DNA of 64,000 nucleotides from Chrysomallon squamiferum. Lineage: Eukaryota > Animalia > Mollusca. Shown here in pieces: positions 25,595-36,769 of the stretch. How positions within the stretch are numbered: the first letter of the stretch is position 1; each line of letters begins with the position of its first letter. The notes under the pieces are model-generated. The model ran no database searches. It saw nothing but the letters and a program-made list of their open reading frames with translations, and was not told the DNA's origin. The position numbers and the translations under genes were made by a program. The stretch spans positions 12,276,001-12,340,000 of the forward strand of contig CM022669.1 in NCBI GenBank assembly GCA_012295275.1, given 5' to 3'.

Positions 25595-27963
25595 CTGAAA
25601 CATCAACAAATAATTGTGTATTGTTTTAAAGTATAACCAAAAAAAAAATGATTTTAAAGAAATAAAAAATCCAAATTATTCGAGATAAATAACAGTTATA
25701 AAGACTACTGAAATAAATAACAATTTAAGATAAAAATAAAAGTTATGGGTGCTTCTGAAATTAATAAATAAAAAAAATAAAAAAAAAAAAAAAACTTTTT
25801 AGAAAGCAATAATAATAAGTCAGTTCTAAAGTCCTTTTTTATTTCTTGTTATTTTTTTAACTTTCAACCTGAAGAGCTACTATTACATCATAAATGAGAA
25901 CAATAATTATCTTAAATAACCAGGTCAACTGTATTTTTAAATGACAATTTGTTTTTATATATTTAATGTTGACAAAAGGCTCAAATGAAAGTTATTTCAG
26001 CCATTTTGTCCTACCTGCATCTCTCAAAGCTGCTGCAATGGCTGGTTCTTTAGTCAGATCAACAGGAAGTTTTCCATCATTGTTTTTTATTGTAGCATCA
26101 GCTCCTGAAGAACAATTGATTTATTTTCATTTTTTATAATAAATTTAAATATATTAAAAACATCTTTTTAATTATATAATTTAATTTAAATAAATAATAA
26201 AAAAAAAAAATTATATTTAAATATTTTATAATCATTTTTCAAAAATTAGTTTAGTTTTTTAAAGATATTTTCCCATATTTTTCTATCTTAATGTCAATTT
26301 ATATTCTGATAATAATTATATAACATTATTAAAATATAAAAAAAGAATTTAAAAGATTATTTTATTTTATTTTTCATATTCTCATTTTATTTCTGTATCT
26401 CATTTAATTACATTAATAGTAACACTTAACATAAAGTTACTTACTATACTTGAATATTACAGATTTATATTTAATTACATATTTTTAGCTAATTTCTCAT
26501 TTTAGCATCTGTTTATTTCAACACAATTACACTGGCCTATCTGTATTGCCCTTTGAATATAAATACATTCACTTATCCATATAAATAGTATTATAAAACA
26601 ATAAAGCTCCAGGGTTAACAAACAGACAAAAATAAAAGAGTACAAGGAAGGAAGGAAAAATTAAATTTAAGAAAAACAAAAGAGAGTAAGGGAAACAGGA
26701 AATAAAACTGAGAAAAAGAGATAAATAAAACAGATAACAAAAGACAAACTGAAATTCAGAAAACAAGAAATACTGGTAGATACTGGATTATGTACAACAA
26801 ATGTTTGAAAAACTCAAAAATCATTACCTTTATCTAACAACATTTTTACACACTGCTCATGATTTCTCCAGGCTGCTGAATGCAATGGTGTGTCACCAAG
26901 TTTATTCTGAAATATGAAAAAATTGGATTAAAAAAATATCACTGTCACAACAACAAATGTACTGTAAATAATTTCAAACTCTTGAAATTCAAACAGGCAC
27001 TTAGTCAAATTATACTTCAAAACAAATAAACAAAACTACACATTTTTCATCTGTAAGGATAACAAGACCTTTTTGTTTGCTGTATTTAAATCCTCAAGTT
27101 GAGAGGGTATCTAATTTCTGTACAAAGTCTTGACCTAACACGAGGCCTACATTACTTTTAAGATAATATTAGTGAAACAGAACATCTGTTCGGTTTCAGA
27201 ATCATCAGAAAAACAAGACACTTATAGTGATTTATGAAAGTGTACCTGCACATCGATCTGACAGTTCTGGACAGCAAGTAACATTTCTAAAGCTTTGATG
27301 TGACCGCCGTGGCTAGCCCAGTGCAGTGGTGTGGATCCGGCTTTGTCCAGTCCATTGACAGACACCTGTAATAAATGTCAGATGACACTGACCAGTTCTG
27401 TGTTGTATTTGTAAATAAAAATATATATTACGCTTAATACAGACCACTTGTTAAATACCACACATAGAAGATGCTGTTGCTGTAACTCACTAATTAAGTA
27501 GGTGCCCATGTACGATGCATGTATTTACTCAAGACTAAAGATTATTAATTGTTTTTGGGGATGTCCATTCCCATCAGTGCTCAAGCCTTAACTTATCAAA
27601 TGATATAGATTGTGTATTCATGCTTTTGTCATGATGCATGCAATACCCATCAGTTATTAGATTTTAATTAACCTTTATATTATCTCATATTTATAAAATC
27701 ATTTATTTTCTGATATTTATCAAATATCTTTGCAAGTTAAAAGTAACCTTTTTCATATTAAGAGTTTATATATAAATAAATAATTGCCATTAGTTCTTCT
27801 TCCCTAAACTCTAAAATAATTCTGTGTTGTCTTTGATGAATGTAACTCTAAATAAATAGTTCTGTCTGAAGTAAAGAAAGAAGTTTTTGTTTATTTTAAA
27901 CTTTTTTTTAAAAGTTACTTTGCTCCAGAGGCATATATTACATTAGGGCTTGCTATACTCCTT

Positions 27964-27999
<36 letters not shown>

Positions 28000-29355
28000 T
28001 GTATTTCCAGTGTATCCTGTGAAACATTTCCTTTGGCTCTAAGATTATAAAGACTAAATAAAAGGAAAATAACTGTATTTAATATATTAATATTATATAT
28101 CTATGTGTACCTGTTGTGTATGTGTGTGTGTGAATCTGTCTGTCTGTCTGTGTGTTTCTGTGTATGTGATTACGTATATGTTTGTGTACTTACAAAGACA
28201 TACAGATATCATGATTCATGAATACCAAGTAACCCATATCATATAATTTTTAAAATCTATTATTTTAAAATCAGTTTTAAATGAATTTCAAACTCACTCT
28301 GTTGCTAATGCACTCTCTCATGAAGTCTATGTTTCCTCGTTTGGCTGCCTCGTGCAATGGGTGATCAATTGATTCTGTGTTTTCCTCGACTGCAAAATGA
28401 AAATCACACAATTTAATAACGCCTTCAATTTACAGTTTTTAAAATGAATTACGAGTAAATCATGAAATCAGAAGAGGCAACCAATTTTTATCAGTCAGAA
28501 AGGTTACAACTGATCTCATGAATAATTTTAAAAGAAATTCCAGATGTAACATTTTCAGTATGCAGTTTATTCAAAATCTAAGAAAATATGCAAGCAAATG
28601 CAAATGTACAATTAAAAATGAACAACAATGAAATGAAAAATGGTATTCTTACAAATTAAATAAAGAAAATCAATACTCATTTTGGATTCCTTTCAGTCAA
28701 AAAAGTAGTGTCATTGAATATAAAATACGTCTTTTTAAATATGTAGTATATTTGTTTATTAATATCTCATATAGACCTCTAACTTATCAAATCATAAGTA
28801 AGAAACATTTTAGATTAATATTAACCCCCTCCCCATACACAGAGGCGTATTTAAAAAATTAGTTCTTAATTTATTATGGTTGCATACAGTTAAGCTGTGG
28901 GCTTAATCATAAATTATCCATATCCAACTAATATTTACTTTTAGCTAATAGCAGCCCTTGGCTAAATGCTTTAAGTTAACAACAGATTATAATAGCATTG
29001 ACTTTTGTAGCTGATTGCCAACACTGGCATTTTGGAAACAGGCATCAAATAAATTTAATTTCATATTCATTAGCATATTTGTAAGTTATCAATATCAATT
29101 AATGAAACATGTTAATAACAATTTAACAAGGAACAAATACAAATTAAAACTGCATGTGTCAGTCATTCTTTTTCTTATAATGTCACTGTGTTTAATGCAA
29201 GAGACATTTTAAGAGTTACTAAATTCTAAATCTCATGAGGATTATTATATAATTTTATTTCTTAATCAGTTAATGATACAGAAGAGTGAAAAAGAAATAT
29301 ATAGTGAAAAAATCAATTTTTTTTGTATTTAAAATCTTTAATTTAAAACCCTTAA

Positions 29356-29386
<31 letters not shown>

Positions 29387-30034
29387 GATAATATAAAAAT
29401 AGATAAAGATCTTTAAATAGTATCTGTATCATATAACTGTACCATGCAGCTATTAATTTTCTTTCAGAATATATAAATTTATTACCATAGTTACTAGGAA
29501 TGAGTCCAACCTTGGTGCCACATTTTGCCTTCCACCAGCCTGGATCTGTCATATCAAGAATATAAAGCAGGTCACCTTCGTCAAATGTGAGCTCATCATT
29601 CTGTGGAAAGTTTCAAAACAAAATGCAACTAAATATCTATCTATCTATCTATCTTAATATATGTATATAACATTTCTCAAAATCCCACACATACAGCAGG
29701 TATTTTTTCTTTTTAGGAGGTATTTGTTCTTTAAATATTAAGTCAATAAAAAAATTAAAAATTAAAAATTAAAACAATATTTAACACAGAATTATTTATT
29801 AAAGTTATTTAAAGTAAAATATAACCCAATAGTTATTAGTGAATACTTTTACTTTAAAGTTTACTGTAATGAAGACATCAAAACATACCTGCTGTGCATC
29901 ATATTTGTACATAGCTCGCACCACCTTTACTTGTCCTGAAAATTTTAATTTGATTTATTGATTAAAATTGCCTTCATATAATTTCAGATGCAACTTTATT
30001 ATAAGTCTGATAAATGCAATCACCATACTATGAT

Positions 30035-30128
<94 letters not shown>

Positions 30129-30433
30129 CTGGTTGTCTACTTACTGGAATATCTTACATAACACAGTTATTAACTATCAGACAGTATAGGAAATAAGCTC
30201 GAGAAATTCAGTCACTGAGTCAAGCATCATCATGATCACGTAACCCGGAAGCACGATACATTGAATCGATAGTTTCATAATAGAGCACGCCACTTTAAAA
30301 TTTATTCTGACACTTAGAACAGTATTTGATTCAGGCAAACAAATTTAACTTCCGTGATTTGAAAATATTCTAATTTCATACCTGGTTTTGGGACCGGCGG
30401 AGGGGGCCTAGAAGGCCGAGGTACAGTTGTCAT
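25536..30433 (-). CDS. OSTF1: Osteoclast-stimulating factor 1, complete, 217 aa: complement(join(25536..25594,26015..26104,26828..26906,27246..27365,28298..28389,29486..29600,29889..29935,30382..30433))
   Basis: Eight GT-AG exons total 654 nt in frame. Pro-rich start [29 protein letters not shown]3 (DELTFDEGD...[18 protein letters not shown]), ankyrin repeats ([41 protein letters not shown]), acidic tail [10 protein letters not shown]. This is the hallmark OSTF1 architecture. Confidence 0.97.
26015..26104 (-). CDS. OSTF1: OSTF1 exon 7
   Basis: [30 protein letters not shown]; canonical splice sites. Confidence 0.93.
26828..26906 (-). CDS. OSTF1: OSTF1 exon 6 (ankyrin repeat 3)
   Basis: [26 protein letters not shown]; canonical splice sites. 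Confidence 0.96.
27246..27365 (-). CDS. OSTF1: OSTF1 exon 5 (ankyrin repeat 2)
   Basis: [40 protein letters not shown]; 120 nt. Confidence 0.96.
28298..28389 (-). CDS. OSTF1: OSTF1 exon 4 (ankyrin repeat 1)
   Basis: [30 protein letters not shown]; TTTGCAG acceptor, GTGAGT donor. Confidence 0.96.
29486..29600 (-). CDS. OSTF1: OSTF1 exon 3 (SH3 core)
   Basis: [38 protein letters not shown]; canonical splice sites. Confidence 0.96.
29889..29935 (-). CDS. OSTF1: OSTF1 exon 2 ([16 protein letters not shown])
   Basis: TTCAG acceptor, CAG|GTATG donor. Confidence 0.94.
30039..30126. repeat. (GA)n microsatellite in OSTF1 intron 1
   Basis: Direct reading. Confidence 0.95.
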
Positions 30434-30560
30434 TTTGGCTAGTACTCAATCGGAATAACCAGCAACAGGAAGTAGTATTAAACAGGAAGGGAAGTGACCC
30501 GTTACATGTGACCTTTAAGCCTTTCTGCTAATACCGCATTGTCATCCTCGTGTTACTGTC
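30240..30560. promoter_or_regulatory. CpG-retaining OSTF1 promoter with clustered ETS-type GGAAG motifs
   Basis: Local CpG/GC rise around exon 1. CCGGAAG near 30245, ACTTCCG near 30349, ACAGGAAGT near 30465, ACAGGAAGGGAAGT near 30483. Confidence 0.6.
30382..30433 (-). CDS. OSTF1: OSTF1 exon 1 ([17 protein letters not shown])
   Basis: ATG in AAAATG context; CAG|GTATG donor. Confidence 0.92.
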
Positions 30561-31631
30561 GCAATAACAACAGCTGTAAAATAAGAAAGTATCATTTATA
30601 ACTATAAGCCTTTTATTGTGGTTTCTGTGGTTATTATCATGCTGAGAAGACAAGATGTGTCTGAACAACAACAATGAAACCTACATAAAATAAACAAGTT
30701 AATACCAGCATAAAGTTTATTATTATTTTAATAATTAAATTGTATGGAAAATAATATCACTAGTTGTTATCTGAGTATTCTTATAATTTCTACCTAGAGA
30801 TTAGTTTTCTATTTCACCTCAGTCATATAAAGAATAAACAGCAGTTATATATTATACGCAGGTTGTGTAAAGTGGGTGGACCTTCACCTTTGAAGGCCAT
30901 CAAAAATAAAAGAGTCCTGAATCGAGATCACTGTATATAAATATATTCACAACCATTCTTTTGTGGTTGTTAAAATATCGTCCATAATATAAACTGAATA
31001 GAATCAGTGGCAGAATAAAATGTAATTTTTATTTTTACCACATGTCAAGGTGGTGTTTCTTTCAGTATAAATTATGGAACTTTATATATAATTTATATAA
31101 CATTACTTAATTTTGTTGTCTTCACAGATAATTTTATTACAGGTATAATTAATTATATGTACATAAATATGTATAGCTGGTAAGCATTTAAGGGAATGTG
31201 ACAAATTCTCTTAATGTCAAGTTTCTGCAAATGTAATTTTACATCATTAGAATAACAGCATCATCGTGATTCGTAAATAAGCATGTCTGGGTGATGAAGA
31301 TTTCCTGTACAGCATTCACATACAGAGTGTTTAGAAAATCAGAATTTTGACATTAATTTGATATTGCTGCACCTGATAACAAATTCAGTCGGAATCAAAA
31401 CATTACTGGTGTGCGAGATCAGCTGGATAAGTCTGATAATGCAAGGGAAACAACTCTTATTTACTCTGGAATGACAGAAGCAGATTATACTCGCCTGACT
31501 GAAATGGCCAAGGAAAACGCCTTTCTTTAATGTGTTTGTGTTCGTTATATTTCTTTTTATTTTATATAATTATAGCTTACGTGCACTGCTTTTAAATGAG
31601 TAAGTGTAGCACAATAAAACAATGTCATCAT

Positions 31632-31752
31632 TATAAAAGTAAGTTGGCCCGAAATAGCTTTCGGATAAACTGACACTGGCAGACGACAAGGTTTATTTAC
31701 ATTAGACGATTAGTTCATAATTTTGAAAATGAAGTATAGTTGAAAGGTAATG
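31632..31752 (+). promoter_or_regulatory. Candidate TATA promoter and non-coding first exon of the BTB-BACK-PHR gene
   Basis: TATAAAA at 31632-31638, local CpGs, AAG|GTAATG donor at 31747. The first coding exon has an acceptor (CTTTCTACAG, AG 32163-32164), so an upstream exon is expected. Confidence 0.45.
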
Positions 31753-32191
31753 TATAAAATATATTCAAAAGAGGAGTAATCTTAATTAAATATGCATATT
31801 GGGAAATAGAGAGTTATTATTAGATATAAAATAATTATATATCGGCCTATATAAAGTAAATACAAATAAATAAAACGACCCATGCCCCCACCAAAAAAAC
31901 AATCCAGTTTAATAATTTTCATACATCACTTTTAATTAAGTACAAATAGCTATTCTTGTTTGGTGTTTCATATAATGTATACACTGATATATTTCACAGA
32001 TGTAATAACATAATTGGTTTTAATTGTTTAGCATATTTATTCACAATTTGTGGTTAATTTTATATACTTTTGGACACAGTGTTTATAATTATATTTTTTG
32101 CAATTATCACCAAATTTCTTTAAAAATAAAAAATTTGTTATAACTTTAAAAATACTTTCTACAGGAGAAAAAAAACAACAAAACAACAACA

Positions 32192-32568
32192 ATGTTTCCA
32201 TTAACATCATCATCAGTTGAGAAAGAAATCTCAGCATCAAGAGCATCCAGTCCTGAAGTGTCAGTTGACAGTGCTTTCTCCACCATGTCGCTGGCATCGG
32301 CAACACAGGAGGCAACGTCCGATGATGAAGATGACTGGCAAGGCTCAAAATCAGTGTTAGAAAGCAACAAGCAAATGTTACTTCACCAGCTGGACTGTGA
32401 TGTTAAGTTTTTGTGTGGTGAGTCGAAAGAGTCTGTTGGAGCTCACAAATATGTACTGATCAGCCGGAGCAGTGTTTTCCATGCCATGTTTTGTGGACGG
32501 CTGGCAGAATCCAGCAGTGAAATCATTATTCCAGACATAGAGTGTGACGTGTTTATGTTGATGCTCAA
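32192..32568 (+). CDS. BTB-BACK-PHR coding exon 1 (Ser-rich N-terminus, BTB)
   Basis: Exon opens at 32165 after CTACAG; phase-2 donor AA|GTAAAA at 32569. Confidence 0.9.
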
Positions 32569-34114
32569 GTAAAAATATTTTGTTGATCTTTTTTTTGTTT
32601 TATTTTATTTTATTTTATTTTTAAAGTAATTAAAAACAGTCTCTTTATTTATGTTGATGTTCCAATAAAATGTTTTATTGATCTTTTATTCTTCATTATT
32701 ATTGTTTTTTCAAGTAATTACAAACTGAATTTGTATTCATGCTGATACTGATATATAAAATATATATATATATTTATGTTTTCATTTGGTTATTTATTAG
32801 TTTCTTAGTTCATAAAAACAGTAAATATATTTATATTAATGTTCAGGTAAACTAAATATTTAGTCCTTTTATTTAAATTTAATTATTAATTTTTTAATTG
32901 TTTCGGCAGTTAATATGAACACATTTTGCTACAGTTAATTTTCTTTAAATATTTTTAATGTTCAAATAGTTTTGGTTTCTGTAATAATAATAAATCTTAA
33001 GAACAAACAATAACAACAATAATTTAAATATTAGGATATTGTTTAAATGTACATTACTGTGTGAGAATGTCTGTTTGTATGTGTGTCTGTATGTTTATCT
33101 TTCAATCTATCTATTTATCTATCTATTTATCTAAATGTGAGTATATTCATAGGAATTTAATTTTTATTTTATTAGATTTATGTACTATGAAGAAGTGAAT
33201 CTTGAAAGCCACACCATCATGGCTCTGCTGTATGCTGCAAAAAAATACAATATTCATCAGTTAGTTAAACACTGTGTGGATCTACTGGAGCAGTCTGTGG
33301 ACACTGACAATGCCCTGGCAATCCTCGAACAGTCTCATCATTTCAACGAAGACACCCTAAAACACAGAATCTTAGACTTCATTTGTCATAACGCAAATTC
33401 CATCCTGACATCACCAGACTTTGCAAATCTCTGTTTGTCATGTTTTGGTATGATTATCTCCTGCGACAATCTGCGTGTCAGTGATGATGTAGTTCTCAGG
33501 GCAGCTCTGGACTGGGCTGAGGCAGAGTGTGTTAGAAAACAACTGGAACCAGTGGATGAAAACAAGAGAAGTGTCCTTGGGGATATGATATACCACATAC
33601 GATTTACTCTTCTTGAACCTAAAGTCTTTGTTCAGACGATGTCGGCATCAGCTCTGCTGTCAGCTGAAGAGAAAGTCTCCATTCTCAGTCATTTCATTGA
33701 CGATTCAGTTCCTGTACTAAAATTCTGTGACAGAAGAAGGAAGATGCTGGAGTTCTGGCGTCCAGTTCGGTTTGTTGCTGTGGAACATAGTCAGTGGATG
33801 TGTCAGAATGGAACTGATGCCATCTCCTTTTCCAGCAACATGGACATCCTAATGCATGGCTTCCTCGTGTACAGGGCTAGACGTACAGAGAGCCAGCAGA
33901 CACTGAGCATATCCAGTCAGCTCTATAATGATGAAAACAAGGTATGTGAATTAGTTTGACTTCTGTTTGGTTTATTATATTAGGTGAAGGCAGCTGTGAA
34001 GGAATACTTGTTCCAGATAGGAGTCTTATGTATCAGAAAGATACATGTCTGGTGGAGCAATACCTAATATACTCAGGATGGTATCAGATTGTATTTGTCT
34101 GTGTTTCTGTATAT

Positions 34115-34171
<57 letters not shown>

Positions 34172-34264
34172 TGAGTGTGTGTGTGTCTGAAGAAAAAAGG
34201 TCATTAGTATTTAGTGTTGTTAAGCCTGTATGACTTTTTGACTTTGTTCAAAAGGATATTATTA

Positions 34265-34316
<52 letters not shown>

Positions 34317-34630
34317 TTTTATTTATTTATTTATTTGTTTATTAATTTTTTAAGATTATTTACCAACACCATGAAGAATGTAACACATCAAAACAAGCAG
34401 ATATGTGTGACATTACATTCAGGAGTTCAGTACAGCTCAAAGCTGGTCGCCTGTACACGCTGGAACTGATAGCTCGGGGAACGTGCACTGTGAGTGGGAA
34501 AGGAGGCCGGTCAACAGTGACTCGTGGAAATGCAACCATCACATTCCGAAACTCAGAAAAGTCAACCACAGGAACTTGTCTTCAGAGAGGGCAGATTCCA
34601 GGATTAATTCTGGCTTTTTTGGATGAGTGA
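32192..34630 (+). CDS. BTB/POZ-BACK-PHR domain protein (BTBD1/2/3/6-like putative Cullin-3 adaptor), 472 aa: join(32192..32568,33176..33941,34355..34630)
   Basis: Three exons total 1419 nt in frame. Family start DWQ..KSV.E.N, BTB (CDVKFLCG...AHKYVLISRSSVFHAMFCG.LAE...I.IPDIE), LLYAAKKY, BACK (LDWAEAEC...LGDMIYHIRF), PHR (DAISFS...GT...GQIPGLI). The exact orthologue cannot be resolved by eye. Confidence 0.93.
33176..33941 (+). CDS. BTB-BACK-PHR coding exon 2 (end of BTB, BACK, start of PHR)
   Basis: ATTAG acceptor completes K-F-M-Y-Y; AAG|GTATGT donor. Confidence 0.94.
34355..34630 (+). CDS. BTB-BACK-PHR coding exon 3 (PHR, stop)
   Basis: TTTTAAG acceptor, phase 0, IIYQHHEE...GQIPGLILAFLDE*. 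Confidence 0.92.
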   Translation: MIYQHHEECNTSKQADMCDITFRSSVQLKAGRLYTLELIARGTCTVSGKGGRSTVTRGNATITFRNSEKSTTGTCLQRGQIPGLILAFLDE

Positions 34631-36415
34631 TCATTGACAGTAATTATAGAATATTTTAATGATCAGTGGACAGAAGATTTTAACAGGCATTTTTAAGTAT
34701 TCAAATATGTTACTAGATGAATGATAATTGTAATTTTAAAAAAATTTGGGCATTCATATTGAAGTAATGGTCTTTTATCGAAGTAATTACTTTATTTTAA
34801 TATTTAACCAGATGTTACCATAGAGTAATTTTGGCATGAAAGGACAATTTAATATTCAGGAGAAGAGTGTAAAAATAAAAAATTTATATGTATATAAATA
34901 GTGTTTAACTCTGTATTATTGAGCACTTTTTGTGTTCGGAATAATTCATCTTTGCCTATGTTTGCTATGGAAATGCTTTTTAAATTGTTGATAAGTCTTT
35001 TTTTTTTAAATTGGTTTATTATAGAAATTTTGTTAAGTTAATGGCCTTTAACTAGTTTGATGTTTTATTGTAAAGTAATTATTGTTATATTGGACAAAAG
35101 TTGTTTCCAACAGCTTGTTACAAGATAGGTTCCTTAATCTTTAATTTTTATCCTTATTTGACAAGTGGTTTTTATCTGTCTGTTAATGATTAATCTTCAT
35201 TAAGATCTCTGAATATTGTTTTCATGAATAAGTAGTCACCTGTATAATCATTTAATAACTGTTGTGTTCTTGGTCTAAGTGTTCTCTTAGGCTGTAATTT
35301 ATATTCCTGTAATCATAATTGTAATGCTGTCCTGTGGTAATGTCTGTTGTTTATCATTAAGTAATTTTTTTACTGTTTGGCAAGTAGTTTTTAACAGTTT
35401 GTTATCAAAATAAACAGTTTGTAATCTTGGACCAGAAACAACTAACTCTTGTGACAGAGGAATTTTGTTATTAGTGAAACATGTTACCTTTGATTATTAA
35501 TTAAGTATGTTTTTGTGTTTACAGATGAATTATCTTAGTAATCAGAGACTAATTATTTTGTCATTGATCTTCAGCAGTTTGTGTTGCAGAGTTTTCTCTA
35601 TCATGATTTATCATTAAATTATTTTTGATCTATTGGGCTAGGGGTCTTAAGCAGTTTTTATGTGAAATTGGACCTGTGGTCGTTAACTGTTGTTAGCAGA
35701 GACTTTTGACATTATCTTTAGCTGTCTGTTATGTATTTTTTTTATTTGTTATGTTAAACAGTCTTTAACTTTTTATGTTAAAGACACTTCAACAGTGTTG
35801 TTTATTACTTAACAATTTTTGTACTGTTGGACACAATGGACCAGTTCTGAATCAGTGTTATATTGGTATTACTGGTATTTTAATAGTGAATTAAAGATTT
35901 TTTTTTTTTAATTTAAAAAAGAAAAAGAAAGTATTTATGATATGATTTTTGTATTTGTTGATAAATGATCTGTGTAACTTTTGCAGATACAACAAAGTTT
36001 CGTGTTATTCTTCAGTTTGGTAAGTCTTCTTTATCAGTAAAATGTTACAAAAAAAAAAAATCATATAATTAATGCTAGAAACCATGTTTAATTAAATAAA
36101 TATATTTTATCAACAAAATATTTTTATATTGTTACTCTTTAATGGTGTGTAACATTTTTTGTGTTTCTGGATTAGTGGGTTTTAAGAATATAAGTATAAT
36201 CCTTTAGCCAGATACCAGATTTTTCATCATCTTAATCACATCATATCATTGAAAATTAACATTATCTTATTAAAATGATATTTTCTGTTCCTCAGTGGGA
36301 ATAACAAGTCTTATAAAGGTATTCATTTTGTTATAAGTTTTCTGTTCCTGCTATTTTTCATCTGGATCACTGAGGCAAGCCTGATGAGGCTGATTTTTAA
36401 TTTTGTTGAATTCAA

Positions 36416-36458
<43 letters not shown>

Positions 36459-36733
36459 TTGAAATTGTTATTAATATTTTAAATAAATGTTTATATGGTA
36501 TGGTAACATCATTAATTGTTTCTTTCATTTATTTATCTGGAAATTTAATGGGACTATAGCCTTCGAAGATTAATCACAAAGAGATAATATTTATTACTTA
36601 CTTATTTTAAGGCATTAGAATTACCTCATAATTGATGTTGTGGATTCTAGTCCTTTTAAATTTTACCTTTATTTGTATGTGTTCATGCACTAAGTTATTC
36701 ATCAAATATAGTCAGTTACTGATTCACAATATA

Positions 36734-36769
<36 letters not shown>

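Noticed and set aside
31291-31376. C/D box snoRNA-like GTGATGA...CTGA
   Set aside because: No terminal stem and no recognisable rRNA or snRNA antisense element.
32037-33598. Minus-strand ORFs at 32037-32348, 32146-32370 and 33386-33598
   Set aside because: Antisense shadows of the BTB gene exons with no independent protein features.
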